A program made the translations under genes and the position numbers. Source: Schmidtea nova (taxonomy: Eukaryota). Taken from it: 64,000 bases of DNA. The notes under the pieces were generated by a model. The model ran no database searches. It was not told where the DNA came from and saw only the letters and a list, made by a program, of their open reading frames with translations. The stretch spans positions 86,924,001-86,988,000 of the forward strand of contig CM097883.1 in the NCBI GenBank assembly GCA_044892505.1. The letters are read 5' to 3'. Below, piece after piece: positions 41,543 to 51,535 of the stretch. The number at the start of each line of letters is the position of its first letter. The stretch's first letter is position 1.

Positions 41543-41800
41543 AGCAATCTCATTGGGATATCAATATTTGACATCATGGATTTCAAGTCAAGGTGGCCAA
41601 TGACTGGTGACGTGGTTAAATTGAAACTGTTGGCAAATCCCAATCCAACTTGTGATTTTAAAACGAATAAACCCCAAGTTTCCTCCATGTCTTTCTCGCC
41701 TTCGATGTTATATCAGAATTGCTCTCGATCGACAATTATATCAAAAATTAACGTACGCAGCAATCTATCTATGATTAACCAATTTATCCCTCCTTGCTCA
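41543..41800 (+). CDS. bHLH-PAS gene exon 3: PAS-A
   Basis: tttag acceptor, phase 0; SNLIGISIFDIMDF resembles HIF FELTGHSVFDFTH and SIM VELTGNSIYEYIH. The frame is open to a GTAATA donor at 41801. Confidence 0.85.
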
Positions 41801-41861
41801 GTAATAGTTTGAAATTTTAATAAAGTCCCATAGATGTATTATTCACACGATTTCCTTTTAG

Positions 41862-42211
41862 ATTTATACCGTTTGGTGTTCCACAAACATAAGCCATACC
41901 AACTCCAAATTGAAATTATTATTGCTAAGGCAAATCCAAACCCAACCGCCATCATTATCATCATCATCAATGCCATCACCCTCGTCATCATTGTCCACTA
42001 GCAATTATTCAGATTCAACAAATCATTTGGTTGTTCCGAGCAGTGAATGTCTACCTTTTGATAGGAGTTTGAGTTGGCCTTTAATTGTGAATCAAATGAA
42101 ATCGGAACACAACGATCCAGAAGCTCAATCCAACCAATTGAAATGTGTTCAGAAAGGGTTTATTGTGTCCATACATGACAGAAAATATAATTTCGAAGCT
42201 GTCAGCTCAGA
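41862..42211 (+). CDS. bHLH-PAS gene exon 4: end of PAS-A, Ser-rich loop, start of PAS-B
   Basis: Follows a 61 bp phase-0 intron. IYTVWCSTNI resembles KVLHCTGHI; KGFIVSIHDRKYNFEAVSSE resembles KTFLSRHSLDMKFSYCDER. GTAAGC donor at 42212, phase 2. Confidence 0.85.
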
Positions 42212-42358
42212 GTAAGCTAATAATTTTGTTATTAATCATATAAAACATTATAATTTGCCACGATTAATAGAATAAGGCAAATCCTTATTACAGAGTTATA
42301 AATATTTATATGTGATATAAGATGTTTCATTTCTAATTGAGGCGTATATGCTCTATGG

Positions 42359-42642
42359 CAGAGGTTTTCAAAGTGTATGTTGCAGACTGAGTTTAGGTAG
42401 GTCACGAAAAGGATTTTAAAGTATCTAATTAAAGTATCTATTTTTAAAGTATCTATTTTTATTCTATTACTTTGAGTTTACTCTTTAAAATGTCACTAGT
42501 AGTAAGTAGGCCTTGTTTTTATATAAGGAATAAAATCTTCACTTGATGGTGGGACGCTGAAAGTTTTTACTTTAAAATGGAGCAAGATAGTTGAAAGTTT
42601 GAAATCCCCTGTTCTATTGTTTAAAAGGTTTGAGAACACTTG
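42359..42642. mobile_element. Possible degenerate hAT-like MITE
   Basis: CAGAGGTTTTCAAA ... TTTGAGAACACTTG imperfect TIRs; TATGG directly on both flanks. Confidence 0.35.
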
Positions 42643-42716
42643 TATGGAGAAAGGGTTTGTGATAATATAATTTTAAAATGTATGAAATGTCAATAGTGAC
42701 ATTTGTTTATGTGAAC

Positions 42717-42728
42717 TTATGACAATAA
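42717..42728 (+). repeat. Left target-site duplication TTATGACAATAA
   Basis: Identical to 54352-54363; its last 4 nt (ATAA) overlap element homology, which starts at 42725. Confidence 0.85.
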
Positions 42729-42758
42729 ATAAGAGAACACCATTTTTTAAAATATATT

Positions 42759-42802
42759 AATGCAATATATTTCGACAGCTTAGCTGTCATCATCAGGCTT
42801 TT
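42759..42802 (-). ncRNA. Minimal type I hammerhead ribozyme motif (left terminal partial unit)
   Basis: Minus strand: aaagc-CTGATGA-T-GACAGC-TAA-GCTGTC-GAAA-TATAT-T-gcatt. Confidence 0.65.
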
Positions 42803-42905
42803 CACAATCTCAATAAAATAAAAATTGATCTTAATTATACGCTTAATAGTGATTACATAATTACATGTGCATAATCCAATAAAACTTTTATTTACCCTAA
42901 TAAAA

Positions 42906-45503
42906 TTAATTAAACACTCTCAAAATGCATGTAGATATTGCATTTTGTATATTTATTTTAGGATTAAATGATTTTATCATCAAAGCCTCACAATTCACAC
43001 GTTCATAATAATTTTTAAATCCCCTAGAAAGTATTTTGAAATTAGAAATATCAATGCTCATCTTGCAAGTCTTATTATGCTCAATAATGTTACTCTTTCC
43101 GCTCTTTCTGGCATGTTCTTGAACTCGTGTACAGAGATGACGGGTAGTCTCTCCAATGTATGTGGCATTACACCCATTACAAGTAAAACGATATACGAGA
43201 TCAGAACACAGACCAAATGGCGTCACAGATTTATTACTGAACATGTCACGAACTTTGCAAGACTTAGAAATTATTTTAACATTTGTATTTCCAATATATT
43301 TTATAATAGATTTTTTAAAATTTACAAATCCCTCAGAAAACGGTAAAACTATAACAGAACCAATGCAATCATTCAAGTTACTTTTATTTATTTCATTATT
43401 ATTATTGCAATCAACACCATCATTCATTCCCATAACAACATCACCTGTTTCAATCAAAGGAGCACTATCAGATGTATTAAACGGATCAACACCAGGAGAA
43501 ATCTTTTCATCAATCACATTCAACTTATTAATACACTTATCAACAGTTTCACTCACCATTCGTTGCAAGAAACATTTTGAATATCCATTATTCTGTAGTA
43601 ATTTAATTAATTTATCAATACTATTTATAGATTTACAATAAGTTGACGGCAATGTCCAAGAACGATAAACCAATCCCCTTATCATATTTCTTTTATATTT
43701 AAAATCACAAAAGCTTTCCGGTGATGTATACAAACCAGTATCTGTTGTTTTCCTATAAATTTCGGTTTCAAAATGTTTCTCTTTCTTTTCAATCAACAAA
43801 TCAAGAAATGATATTTTAGAATTAATTTCTTCTTCAAAAGTAAATTTAATATTTTTATGCAAATCATTCATATAATACAAAAAAGGCTCAACATGTTCTT
43901 TATTCTTAAATACAAGAAAAATATCATCAACATAACGTTTATATACTAAGGGTTTATTCACACTACAATTTATAAATTTATTTTCTAAACTTGACATAAA
44001 AATAGATGCCAGTGTAGGAGCTAAAGGTGAGCCCATAGCAACACCATCAATTTGCTTATACCATTGATTATCAAAGATAAAATGGACATTAGAAGTAGCA
44101 AATGTCAAAAGTTTACGAAAAGCAACAACATCAATAATATTATGAAGTGAAGTGTTAACACTCCATAAATTGCAACAAATATCAATCGTTTCTATTAAAG
44201 GAACATTTGTAAAAAGGCTAACCACATCAAACGAAACCATAAAGTCATCATTCCCACTCTTATTTAAATTTACTATAAAAGAGGCAAACTCAAAGCTATC
44301 TTTACATTCATAATCAGTTTTAATCAAAGGTTTCAACAAACTATCTAAAAACTTCGCAACCTTATATTGTGAAGTTTGAATCATTGACAATACAGGTCTC
44401 ATAGGTAAATTATCTTTATGTACTTTTGGAAGACCATATAATTTAGCAGGTTGGGATCCCCGAGGCCAAAGTGAATTAACAATATCCTTATCTATATGTT
44501 TATTTAAAATTAAGTCATGAAGTAAAGATATTAATATTGTTTCATCTTTTAAAGGTGGTAATTTGCCATTCTTACGAAAACTGACAATCTTTTCAAATTG
44601 TGGAGATAACAATACCATTTCTAACTTTTTAATATAATCATCATGATTAAGAACGACCAAACCATTACCCTTATCAAATTTACATATATTAATATTTTTC
44701 TTCGATAAATTCTTTAAAGTATTAAAATCATTTATATTTTGTTTTTTATTCTTAGTTAAATAATCATTGGCGTTAACATTCAGTAAATTTTTTAAATAAT
44801 TCAAATTAATATTCTTATTTTTAGATAAAGTAAAAAACAAACATTCAATCTGGGAAAAAAATTTAAATTTGTCAATCCTATTTCTAATACCATGATTCGG
44901 ACCAAACTTCAAAATACGTTCCTCATCACTCGTCAATGGCACATCACTAACATTCAACACAGTATTCTTAACATTAAACGTACATACACCAAACAATTTT
45001 CTCAAATTTTTTAATTTTTTATTTTGACAATCAATTTTTAAACTTAAACAACGTTGTGAGTTTAAAATTACGGATTTAATGCACATGTAAAAATGAAAAT
45101 CACCAATCACCTCGTACAAGACCAATCTTACTACTGAAAGTTGCTTAACAAGATAATTTCTTCGCCTTTTCTCCAATTCCAAAATTCTTCTTAAAGTTCG
45201 TCGATGAATCATTCGAACGTCATCATCGAGTAGGCAATCATTCAATTTCATTTTAAAAATAAATGCTGGTATCATATGATCTTCCAAACACGTTTCTAAA
45301 AATGAAATATCTAATTCTTTTTTCCTCACAGATGTGTAAAGTTTTAAATATCTCTTGAATATTGGAACTGAAGTACAATCTAATCTAAATAAACTATTAA
45401 ATAAAAATGGCAATTTATTCATATAAATAAGAGAACACCATTTTTTAAAATATATTAATGCAATATATTTCGACAGCTTAGCTGTCATCATCAGGCTTTT
45501 CAC
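42906..45503 (-). CDS. Penelope-like RT + GIY-YIG polyprotein, unit 1 (intact)
   Basis: 865 aa. RT motifs KLYGLPKVHK..PMRPV, FDVVSLFTNVP, QIDGVAMGSPLAP, RYVDD; GIY-YIG LVYRFTCNGCNATYIGET...R..EH...H...E...N. The likely ATG is codon 28 (45422, MNKLP). Confidence 0.95.
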   Translation of the reverse strand: MKSLMMTAKLSKYIALIYFKKWCSLIYMNKLPFLFNSLFRLDCTSVPIFKRYLKLYTSVRKKELDISFLETCLEDHMIPAFIFKMKLNDCLLDDDVRMIHRRTLRRILELEKRRRNYLVKQLSVVRLVLYEVIGDFHFYMCIKSVILNSQRCLSLKIDCQNKKLKNLRKLFGVCTFNVKNTVLNVSDVPLTSDEERILKFGPNHGIRNRIDKFKFFSQIECLFFTLSKNKNINLNYLKNLLNVNANDYLTKNKKQNINDFNTLKNLSKKNINICKFDKGNGLVVLNHDDYIKKLEMVLLSPQFEKIVSFRKNGKLPPLKDETILISLLHDLILNKHIDKDIVNSLWPRGSQPAKLYGLPKVHKDNLPMRPVLSMIQTSQYKVAKFLDSLLKPLIKTDYECKDSFEFASFIVNLNKSGNDDFMVSFDVVSLFTNVPLIETIDICCNLWSVNTSLHNIIDVVAFRKLLTFATSNVHFIFDNQWYKQIDGVAMGSPLAPTLASIFMSSLENKFINCSVNKPLVYKRYVDDIFLVFKNKEHVEPFLYYMNDLHKNIKFTFEEEINSKISFLDLLIEKKEKHFETEIYRKTTDTGLYTSPESFCDFKYKRNMIRGLVYRSWTLPSTYCKSINSIDKLIKLLQNNGYSKCFLQRMVSETVDKCINKLNVIDEKISPGVDPFNTSDSAPLIETGDVVMGMNDGVDCNNNNEINKSNLNDCIGSVIVLPFSEGFVNFKKSIIKYIGNTNVKIISKSCKVRDMFSNKSVTPFGLCSDLVYRFTCNGCNATYIGETTRHLCTRVQEHARKSGKSNIIEHNKTCKMSIDISNFKILSRGFKNYYERVNCEALMIKSFNPKINIQNAISTCILRVFN
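45457..45500 (-). ncRNA. Minimal hammerhead motif at the 5' end of unit 1
   Basis: Same sequence as 42759-42802. Confidence 0.65.
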
Positions 45504-45603
45504 AATCTCAATAAAATAAAAATTGATCTTAATTATACGCTTAATAGTGATTACATAATTACATGTGCATAATCCAATAAAACTTTTATTTACCCTAATA
45601 AAA

Positions 45604-48201
45604 TTAATTAAACACTCTCAAAATGCATGTAGATATTGCATTTTGTATATTTATTTTAGGATTAAATGATTTTATCATCAAAGCCTCACAATTCACACGT
45701 TCATAATAATTTTTAAATCCCCTAGAAAGTATTTTGAAATTAGAAATATCAATGCTCATCTTGCAAGTCTTATTATGCTCAATAATGTTACTCTTTCCGC
45801 TCTTTCTGGCATGTTCTTGAACTCGTGTACAGAGATGAGGGGCAGTCTCTCCAATGTATGTGGCATTACACCCATTACAAGTAAAACGATATACGAGATC
45901 AGAACACAGACCAAATGGCGTCACAGATTTATTACTGAACATGTCACGAACTTTGCAAGACTTAGAAATTATTTTAACATTTGTATTTCCAATATATTTT
46001 ATAATAGATTTTTTAAAATTTACAAATCCCTCAGAAAACGGTAAAACTATAACAGAACCAATGCAATCATTCAAGTTACTTTTATTTATTTCATTGTTAT
46101 TATTGCAATCAACACCATCATTCATTCCCATAACAACATCACCTGTTTCAATCAAAGGAGCACTATCAGATGTATTAAACGGATCAACACCAGGAGAAAT
46201 CTTTTCATCAATCACATTCAACTTATTAATACACTTATCAACAGTTTCACTCACCATTCGTTGCAAGAAACATTTTGAATATCCATTATTCTGTAGTAAT
46301 TTAATTAATTTATCAATACTATTTATAGATTTACAATAAGTTGACGGCAATGTCCAAGAACGATAAACCAATCCCCTTATCATATTTCTTTTATATTTAA
46401 AATCACAAAAGCTTTCCGGTGATGTATACAAACCAGTATCTGTTGTTTTCCTATAAATTTCGGTTTCAAAATGTTTCTCTTTCTTTTCAATCAACAAATC
46501 AAGAAATGATATTTTAGAATTAATTTCTTCTTCAAAAGTAAATTTAATATTTTTATGCAAATCATTCATATAATACAAAAAAGGCTCAACATGTTCTTTA
46601 TTCTTAAATACAAGAAAAATATCATCAACATAACGTTTATATACTAAGGGTTTATTCACACTACAATTTATAAATTTATTTTCTAAACTTGACATAAAAA
46701 TAGATGCCAGTGTAGGAGCTAAAGGTGAGCCCATAGCAACACCATCAATTTGCTTATACCATTGATTATCAAAGATAAAATGGACATTAGAAGTAGCAAA
46801 TGTCAAAAGTTTACGAAAAGCAACAACATCAATAATATTATGAAGTGAAGTGTTAACACTCCATAAATTGCAACAAATATCAATCGTTTCTATTAAAGGA
46901 ACATTTGTAAAAAGGCTAACCACATCAAACGAAACCATAAAGTCATCATTCCCACTCTTATTTAAATTTACTATAAAAGAGGCAAACTCAAAGCTATCTT
47001 TACATTCATAATCAGTTTTAATCAAAGGTTTCAACAAACTATCTAAAAACTTCGCAACCTTATATTGTGAAGTTTGAATCATTGACAATACAGGTCTCAT
47101 AGGTAAATTATCTTTATGTACTTTTGGAAGACCATATAATTTAGCAGGTTGGGATCCCCGAGGCCAAAGTGAATTAACAATATCCTTATCTATATGTTTA
47201 TTTAAAATTAAGTCATGAAGTAAAGATATTAATATTGTTTCATCTTTTAAAGGTGGTAATTTGCCATTCTTACGAAAACTGACAATCTTTTCAAATTGTG
47301 GAGATAACAATACCATTTCTAACTTTTTAATATAATCATCATGATTAAGAACGACCAAACCATTACCCTTATCAAATTTACATATATTAATATTTTTCTT
47401 CGATAAATTCTTTAAAGTATTAAAATCATTTATATTTTGTTTTTTATTCTTAGTTAAATAATCATTGGCGTTAACATTCAGTAAATTTTTTAAATAATTC
47501 AAATTAATATTCTTATTTTTAGATAAAGTAAAAAACAAACATTCAATCTGGGAAAAAAATTTAAATTTGTCAATCCTATTTCTAATACCATGATTCGGAC
47601 CAAACTTCAAAATACGTTCCTCATCACTCGTCAATGGCACATCACTAACATTCAACACAGTATTCTTAACATTAAACGTACATACACCAAACAATTTTCT
47701 CAAATTTTTTAATTTTTTATTTTGACAATCAATTTTTGAACTTAAACAACGTTGTGAGTTTAAAATTACGGATTTAATGCACATGTAAAAATGAAAATCA
47801 CCAATCACCTCGTACAAGACCAATCTTACTACTGAAAGTTGCTTAACAAGATAATTTCTTCGCCTTTTCTCCAATTCCAAAATTCTTCTTAAAGTTCGTC
47901 GATGAATCATTCGAACGTCATCATCGAGTAGGCAATCATTCAATTTCATTTTAAAAATAAATGCTGGTATCATATGATCTTCCAAACACGTTTCTAAAAA
48001 TGAAATATCTAATTCTTTTTTCCTCACAGATGTGTAAAGTTTTAAATATCTCTTGAATATTGGAACTGAAGTACAATCTAATCTAAATAAACTATTAAAT
48101 AAAAATGGCAATTTATTCATATAAATAAGAGAACACCATTTTTTAAAATATATTAATGCAATATATTTCGACAGCTTAGCTGTCATCATCAGGCTTTTCA
48201 C
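45604..48201 (-). CDS. Penelope-like RT + GIY-YIG polyprotein, unit 2 (open; R-to-P change in ETARH)
   Basis: 865 aa, near-identical to unit 1; likely ATG at 48120. Confidence 0.95.
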   Translation of the reverse strand: MKSLMMTAKLSKYIALIYFKKWCSLIYMNKLPFLFNSLFRLDCTSVPIFKRYLKLYTSVRKKELDISFLETCLEDHMIPAFIFKMKLNDCLLDDDVRMIHRRTLRRILELEKRRRNYLVKQLSVVRLVLYEVIGDFHFYMCIKSVILNSQRCLSSKIDCQNKKLKNLRKLFGVCTFNVKNTVLNVSDVPLTSDEERILKFGPNHGIRNRIDKFKFFSQIECLFFTLSKNKNINLNYLKNLLNVNANDYLTKNKKQNINDFNTLKNLSKKNINICKFDKGNGLVVLNHDDYIKKLEMVLLSPQFEKIVSFRKNGKLPPLKDETILISLLHDLILNKHIDKDIVNSLWPRGSQPAKLYGLPKVHKDNLPMRPVLSMIQTSQYKVAKFLDSLLKPLIKTDYECKDSFEFASFIVNLNKSGNDDFMVSFDVVSLFTNVPLIETIDICCNLWSVNTSLHNIIDVVAFRKLLTFATSNVHFIFDNQWYKQIDGVAMGSPLAPTLASIFMSSLENKFINCSVNKPLVYKRYVDDIFLVFKNKEHVEPFLYYMNDLHKNIKFTFEEEINSKISFLDLLIEKKEKHFETEIYRKTTDTGLYTSPESFCDFKYKRNMIRGLVYRSWTLPSTYCKSINSIDKLIKLLQNNGYSKCFLQRMVSETVDKCINKLNVIDEKISPGVDPFNTSDSAPLIETGDVVMGMNDGVDCNNNNEINKSNLNDCIGSVIVLPFSEGFVNFKKSIIKYIGNTNVKIISKSCKVRDMFSNKSVTPFGLCSDLVYRFTCNGCNATYIGETAPHLCTRVQEHARKSGKSNIIEHNKTCKMSIDISNFKILSRGFKNYYERVNCEALMIKSFNPKINIQNAISTCILRVFN
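48155..48198 (-). ncRNA. Minimal hammerhead motif at the 5' end of unit 2
   Basis: Same sequence as 42759-42802. Confidence 0.65.
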
Positions 48202-48301
48202 AATCTCAATAAAATAAAAATTGATCTTAATTATACGCTTAATAGTGATTACATAATTACATGTGCATAATCCAATAAAACTTTTATTTACCCTAATAAA
48301 A

Positions 48302-50866
48302 TTAATTAAACACTCTCAAAATGCATGTAGATATTGCATTTTGTATATTTATTTTAGGATTAAATGATTTTATCATCAAAGCCTCACAATTCACACGTTC
48401 ATAATAATTTTTAAATCCCCTAGAAAGTATTTTGAAATTAGAAATATCAATGCTCATCTTGCAAGTCTTATTATGCTCAATAATGTTACTCTTTCCGCTC
48501 TTTCTGGCATGTTCTTGAACTCGTGTACAGAGATGACGGGCAGTCTCTCCAATGTATGTGGCATTACACCCATTACAAGTAAAACGATATACGAGATCAG
48601 AACACAGACCAAATGGCGTCACAGATTTATTACTGAACATGTCACGAACTTTGCAAGACTTAGAAATTATTTTAACATTTGTATTTCCAATATATTTTAT
48701 AATAGATTTTTTAAAATTTACAAATCCCTCAGAAAACGGTAAAACTATAACAGAACCAATGCAATCATTCAAGTTACTTTTATTTATTTCATTATTATTA
48801 TTATTGCAATCAACACCATCATTCATTCCCATAACAACATCACCTGTTTCAATCAAAGGAGCACTATCAGATGTATTAAACGGATCAACACCAGGAGAAA
48901 TCTTTTCATCAATCACATTCAACTTATTAATACACTTATCAACAGTTTCACTCACCATTCGTTGCAAGAAACATTTTGAATATCCATTATTCTGTAGTAA
49001 TTTAATTAATTTATCAATACTATTTATAGATTTACAATAAGTTGACGGCAATGTCCAAGAACGATAAACCAATCCCCTTATCATATTTCTTTTATATTTA
49101 AAATCACAAAAGCTTTCCGGTGATGTATACAAACCAGTATCTGTTGTTTTCCTATAAATTTCGGTTTCAAAATGTTTCTCTTTCTTTTCAATCAACAAAT
49201 CAAGAAATGATATTTTAGAATTAATTTCTTCTTCAAAAGTAAATTTAATATTTTTATGCAAATCATTCATATAATACAAAAAAGGCTCAACATGTTCTTT
49301 ATTCTTAAATACAAGAAAAATATCATCAACATAACGTTTATATACTAAGGGTTTATTCACACTACAATTTATAAATTTATTTTCTAAACTTGACATAAAA
49401 ATAGATGCCAGTGTAGGAGCTAAAGGTGAGCCCATAGCAACACCATCAATTTGCTTATACCATTGATTATCAAAGATAAAATGGACATTAGAAGTAGCAA
49501 ATGTCAAAAGTTTACGAAAAGCAACAACATCAATAATATTATGAAGTGAAGTGTTAACACTCCATAAATTGCAACAAATATCAATCGTTTCTATTAAAGG
49601 AACATTTGTAAAAAGGCTAACCACATCAAACGAAACCATAAAGTCATCATTCCCACTCTTATTTAAATTTACTATAAAAGAGGCAAACTCAAAGCTATCT
49701 TTACATTCATAATCAGTTTTAATCAAAGGTTTCAACAAACTATCTAAAAACTTCGCAACCTTATATTGTGAAGTTTGAATCATTGACAATACAGGTCTCA
49801 TAGGTAAATTATCTTTATGTACTTTTGGAAGACCATATAATTTAGCAGGTTGGGATCCCCGAGGCCAAAGTGAATTAACAATATCCTTATCTATATGTTT
49901 ATTTAAAATTAAGTCATGAAGTAAAGATATTAATATTGTTTCATCTTTTAAAGGTGGTAATTTGCCATTCTTACGAAAACTGACAATCTTTTCAAATTGT
50001 GGAGATAACAATACCATTTCTAACTTTTTAATATAATCATCATGATTAAGAACGACCAAACCATTACCCTTATCAAATTTACATATATTAATATTTTTCT
50101 TCGATAAATTCTTTAAAGTATTAAAATCATTTATATTTTATTTTTTATTCTTAGTTAAATAATCATTGGCGTTAACATTCAGTAAATTTTTTAAATAATT
50201 CAAATTAATATTCTTATTTTTAGATAAAGTAAAAAACAAACATTCAATCTGGGAAAAAAATTTAAATTTGTCAATCCTATTTCTAATACCATGATTCGGA
50301 CCAAACTTCAAAATACGTTCCTCATCACTCGTCAATGGCACATCACTAACATTCAACACAGTATTCTTAACATTAAACGTACATACACCAAACAATTTTC
50401 TCAAATTTTTTAATTTTTTATTTTGACAATCAATTTTTGAACTTAAACAACGTTGTGAGTTTAAAATTACGGATTTAATGCACATGTAAAAATGAAAATC
50501 ACCAATCACCTCGTACAAGACCAATCTTACTACTGAAAGTTGCTTAACAAGATAATTTCTTCGCCTTTTCTCCAATTCCAAAATTCTTCTTAAAGTTCGT
50601 CGATGAATCATTCGAACGTCATCATCGAGTAGGCAATCATTCAATTTCATTTTAAAAATAAATGCTGGTATCATATGATCTTCCAAACACGTTTCTAAAA
50701 ATGAAATATCTAATTCTTTTTTCCTCACAGATGTGTAAAGTTTTAAATATCTCTTGAATATTGGAACTGAAGTACAATCTAATCTAAATAAACTATTAAA
50801 TAAAAATGGCAATTTATTCATATAAATAAGAGAACACCATTTTTTAAAATATATTAATGCAATATA
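48302..50866 (-). pseudogene. Penelope-like unit 3: nonsense mutation, 5' end cut within the hammerhead
   Basis: CAA to TAA at 50138-50140 splits the ORF (50138..50869 and 48302..50059). Homology ends at 50866, inside the ATATAT of the hammerhead. Confidence 0.92.
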
Positions 50867-50869
50867 CAT

Positions 50870-51435
50870 ATGATAGTGCTCCTTTGATTGAAACAGGTGA
50901 TGTTGTTATGGGAATGAATGATGGTGTTGATTGCAATAATAATAATGAAATAAATAAAAGTAACTTGAATGATTGCATTGGTTCTGTTATAGTTTTACCG
51001 TTTTCTGAGGGATTTGTAAATTTTAAAAAATCTATTATAAAATATATTGGAAATACAAATGTTAAAATAATTTCTAAGTCTTGCAAAGTTCGTGACATGT
51101 TCAGTAATAAATCTGTGACGCCATTTGGTCTGTGTTCTGATCTCGTATATCGTTTTACTTGTAATGGGTGTAATGCCACATACATTGGAGAGACTGCCCG
51201 TCATCTCTGTACACGAGTTCAAGAACATGCCAGAAAGAGCGGAAAGAGTAACATTATTGAGCATAATAAGACTTGCAAGATGAGCATTGATATTTCTAAT
51301 TTCAAAATACTTTCTAGGGGATTTAAAAATTATTATGAACGTGTGAATTGTGAGGCTTTGATGATAAAATCATTTAATCCTAAAATAAATATACAAAATG
51401 CAATATCTACATGCATTTTGAGAGTGTTTAATTAA
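50870..51435 (+). pseudogene. Penelope-like unit 4: 3' fragment (linker + GIY-YIG), inverted
   Basis: Begins at DSAPLIETG and runs to the normal stop; fused head-to-head with unit 3. Confidence 0.92.
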
Positions 51436-51535
51436 TTTTATTAGGGTAAATAAAAGTTTTATTGGATTATGCACATGTAATTATGTAATCACTATTAAGC
51501 GTATAATTAAGATCAATTTTTATTTTATTGAGATT

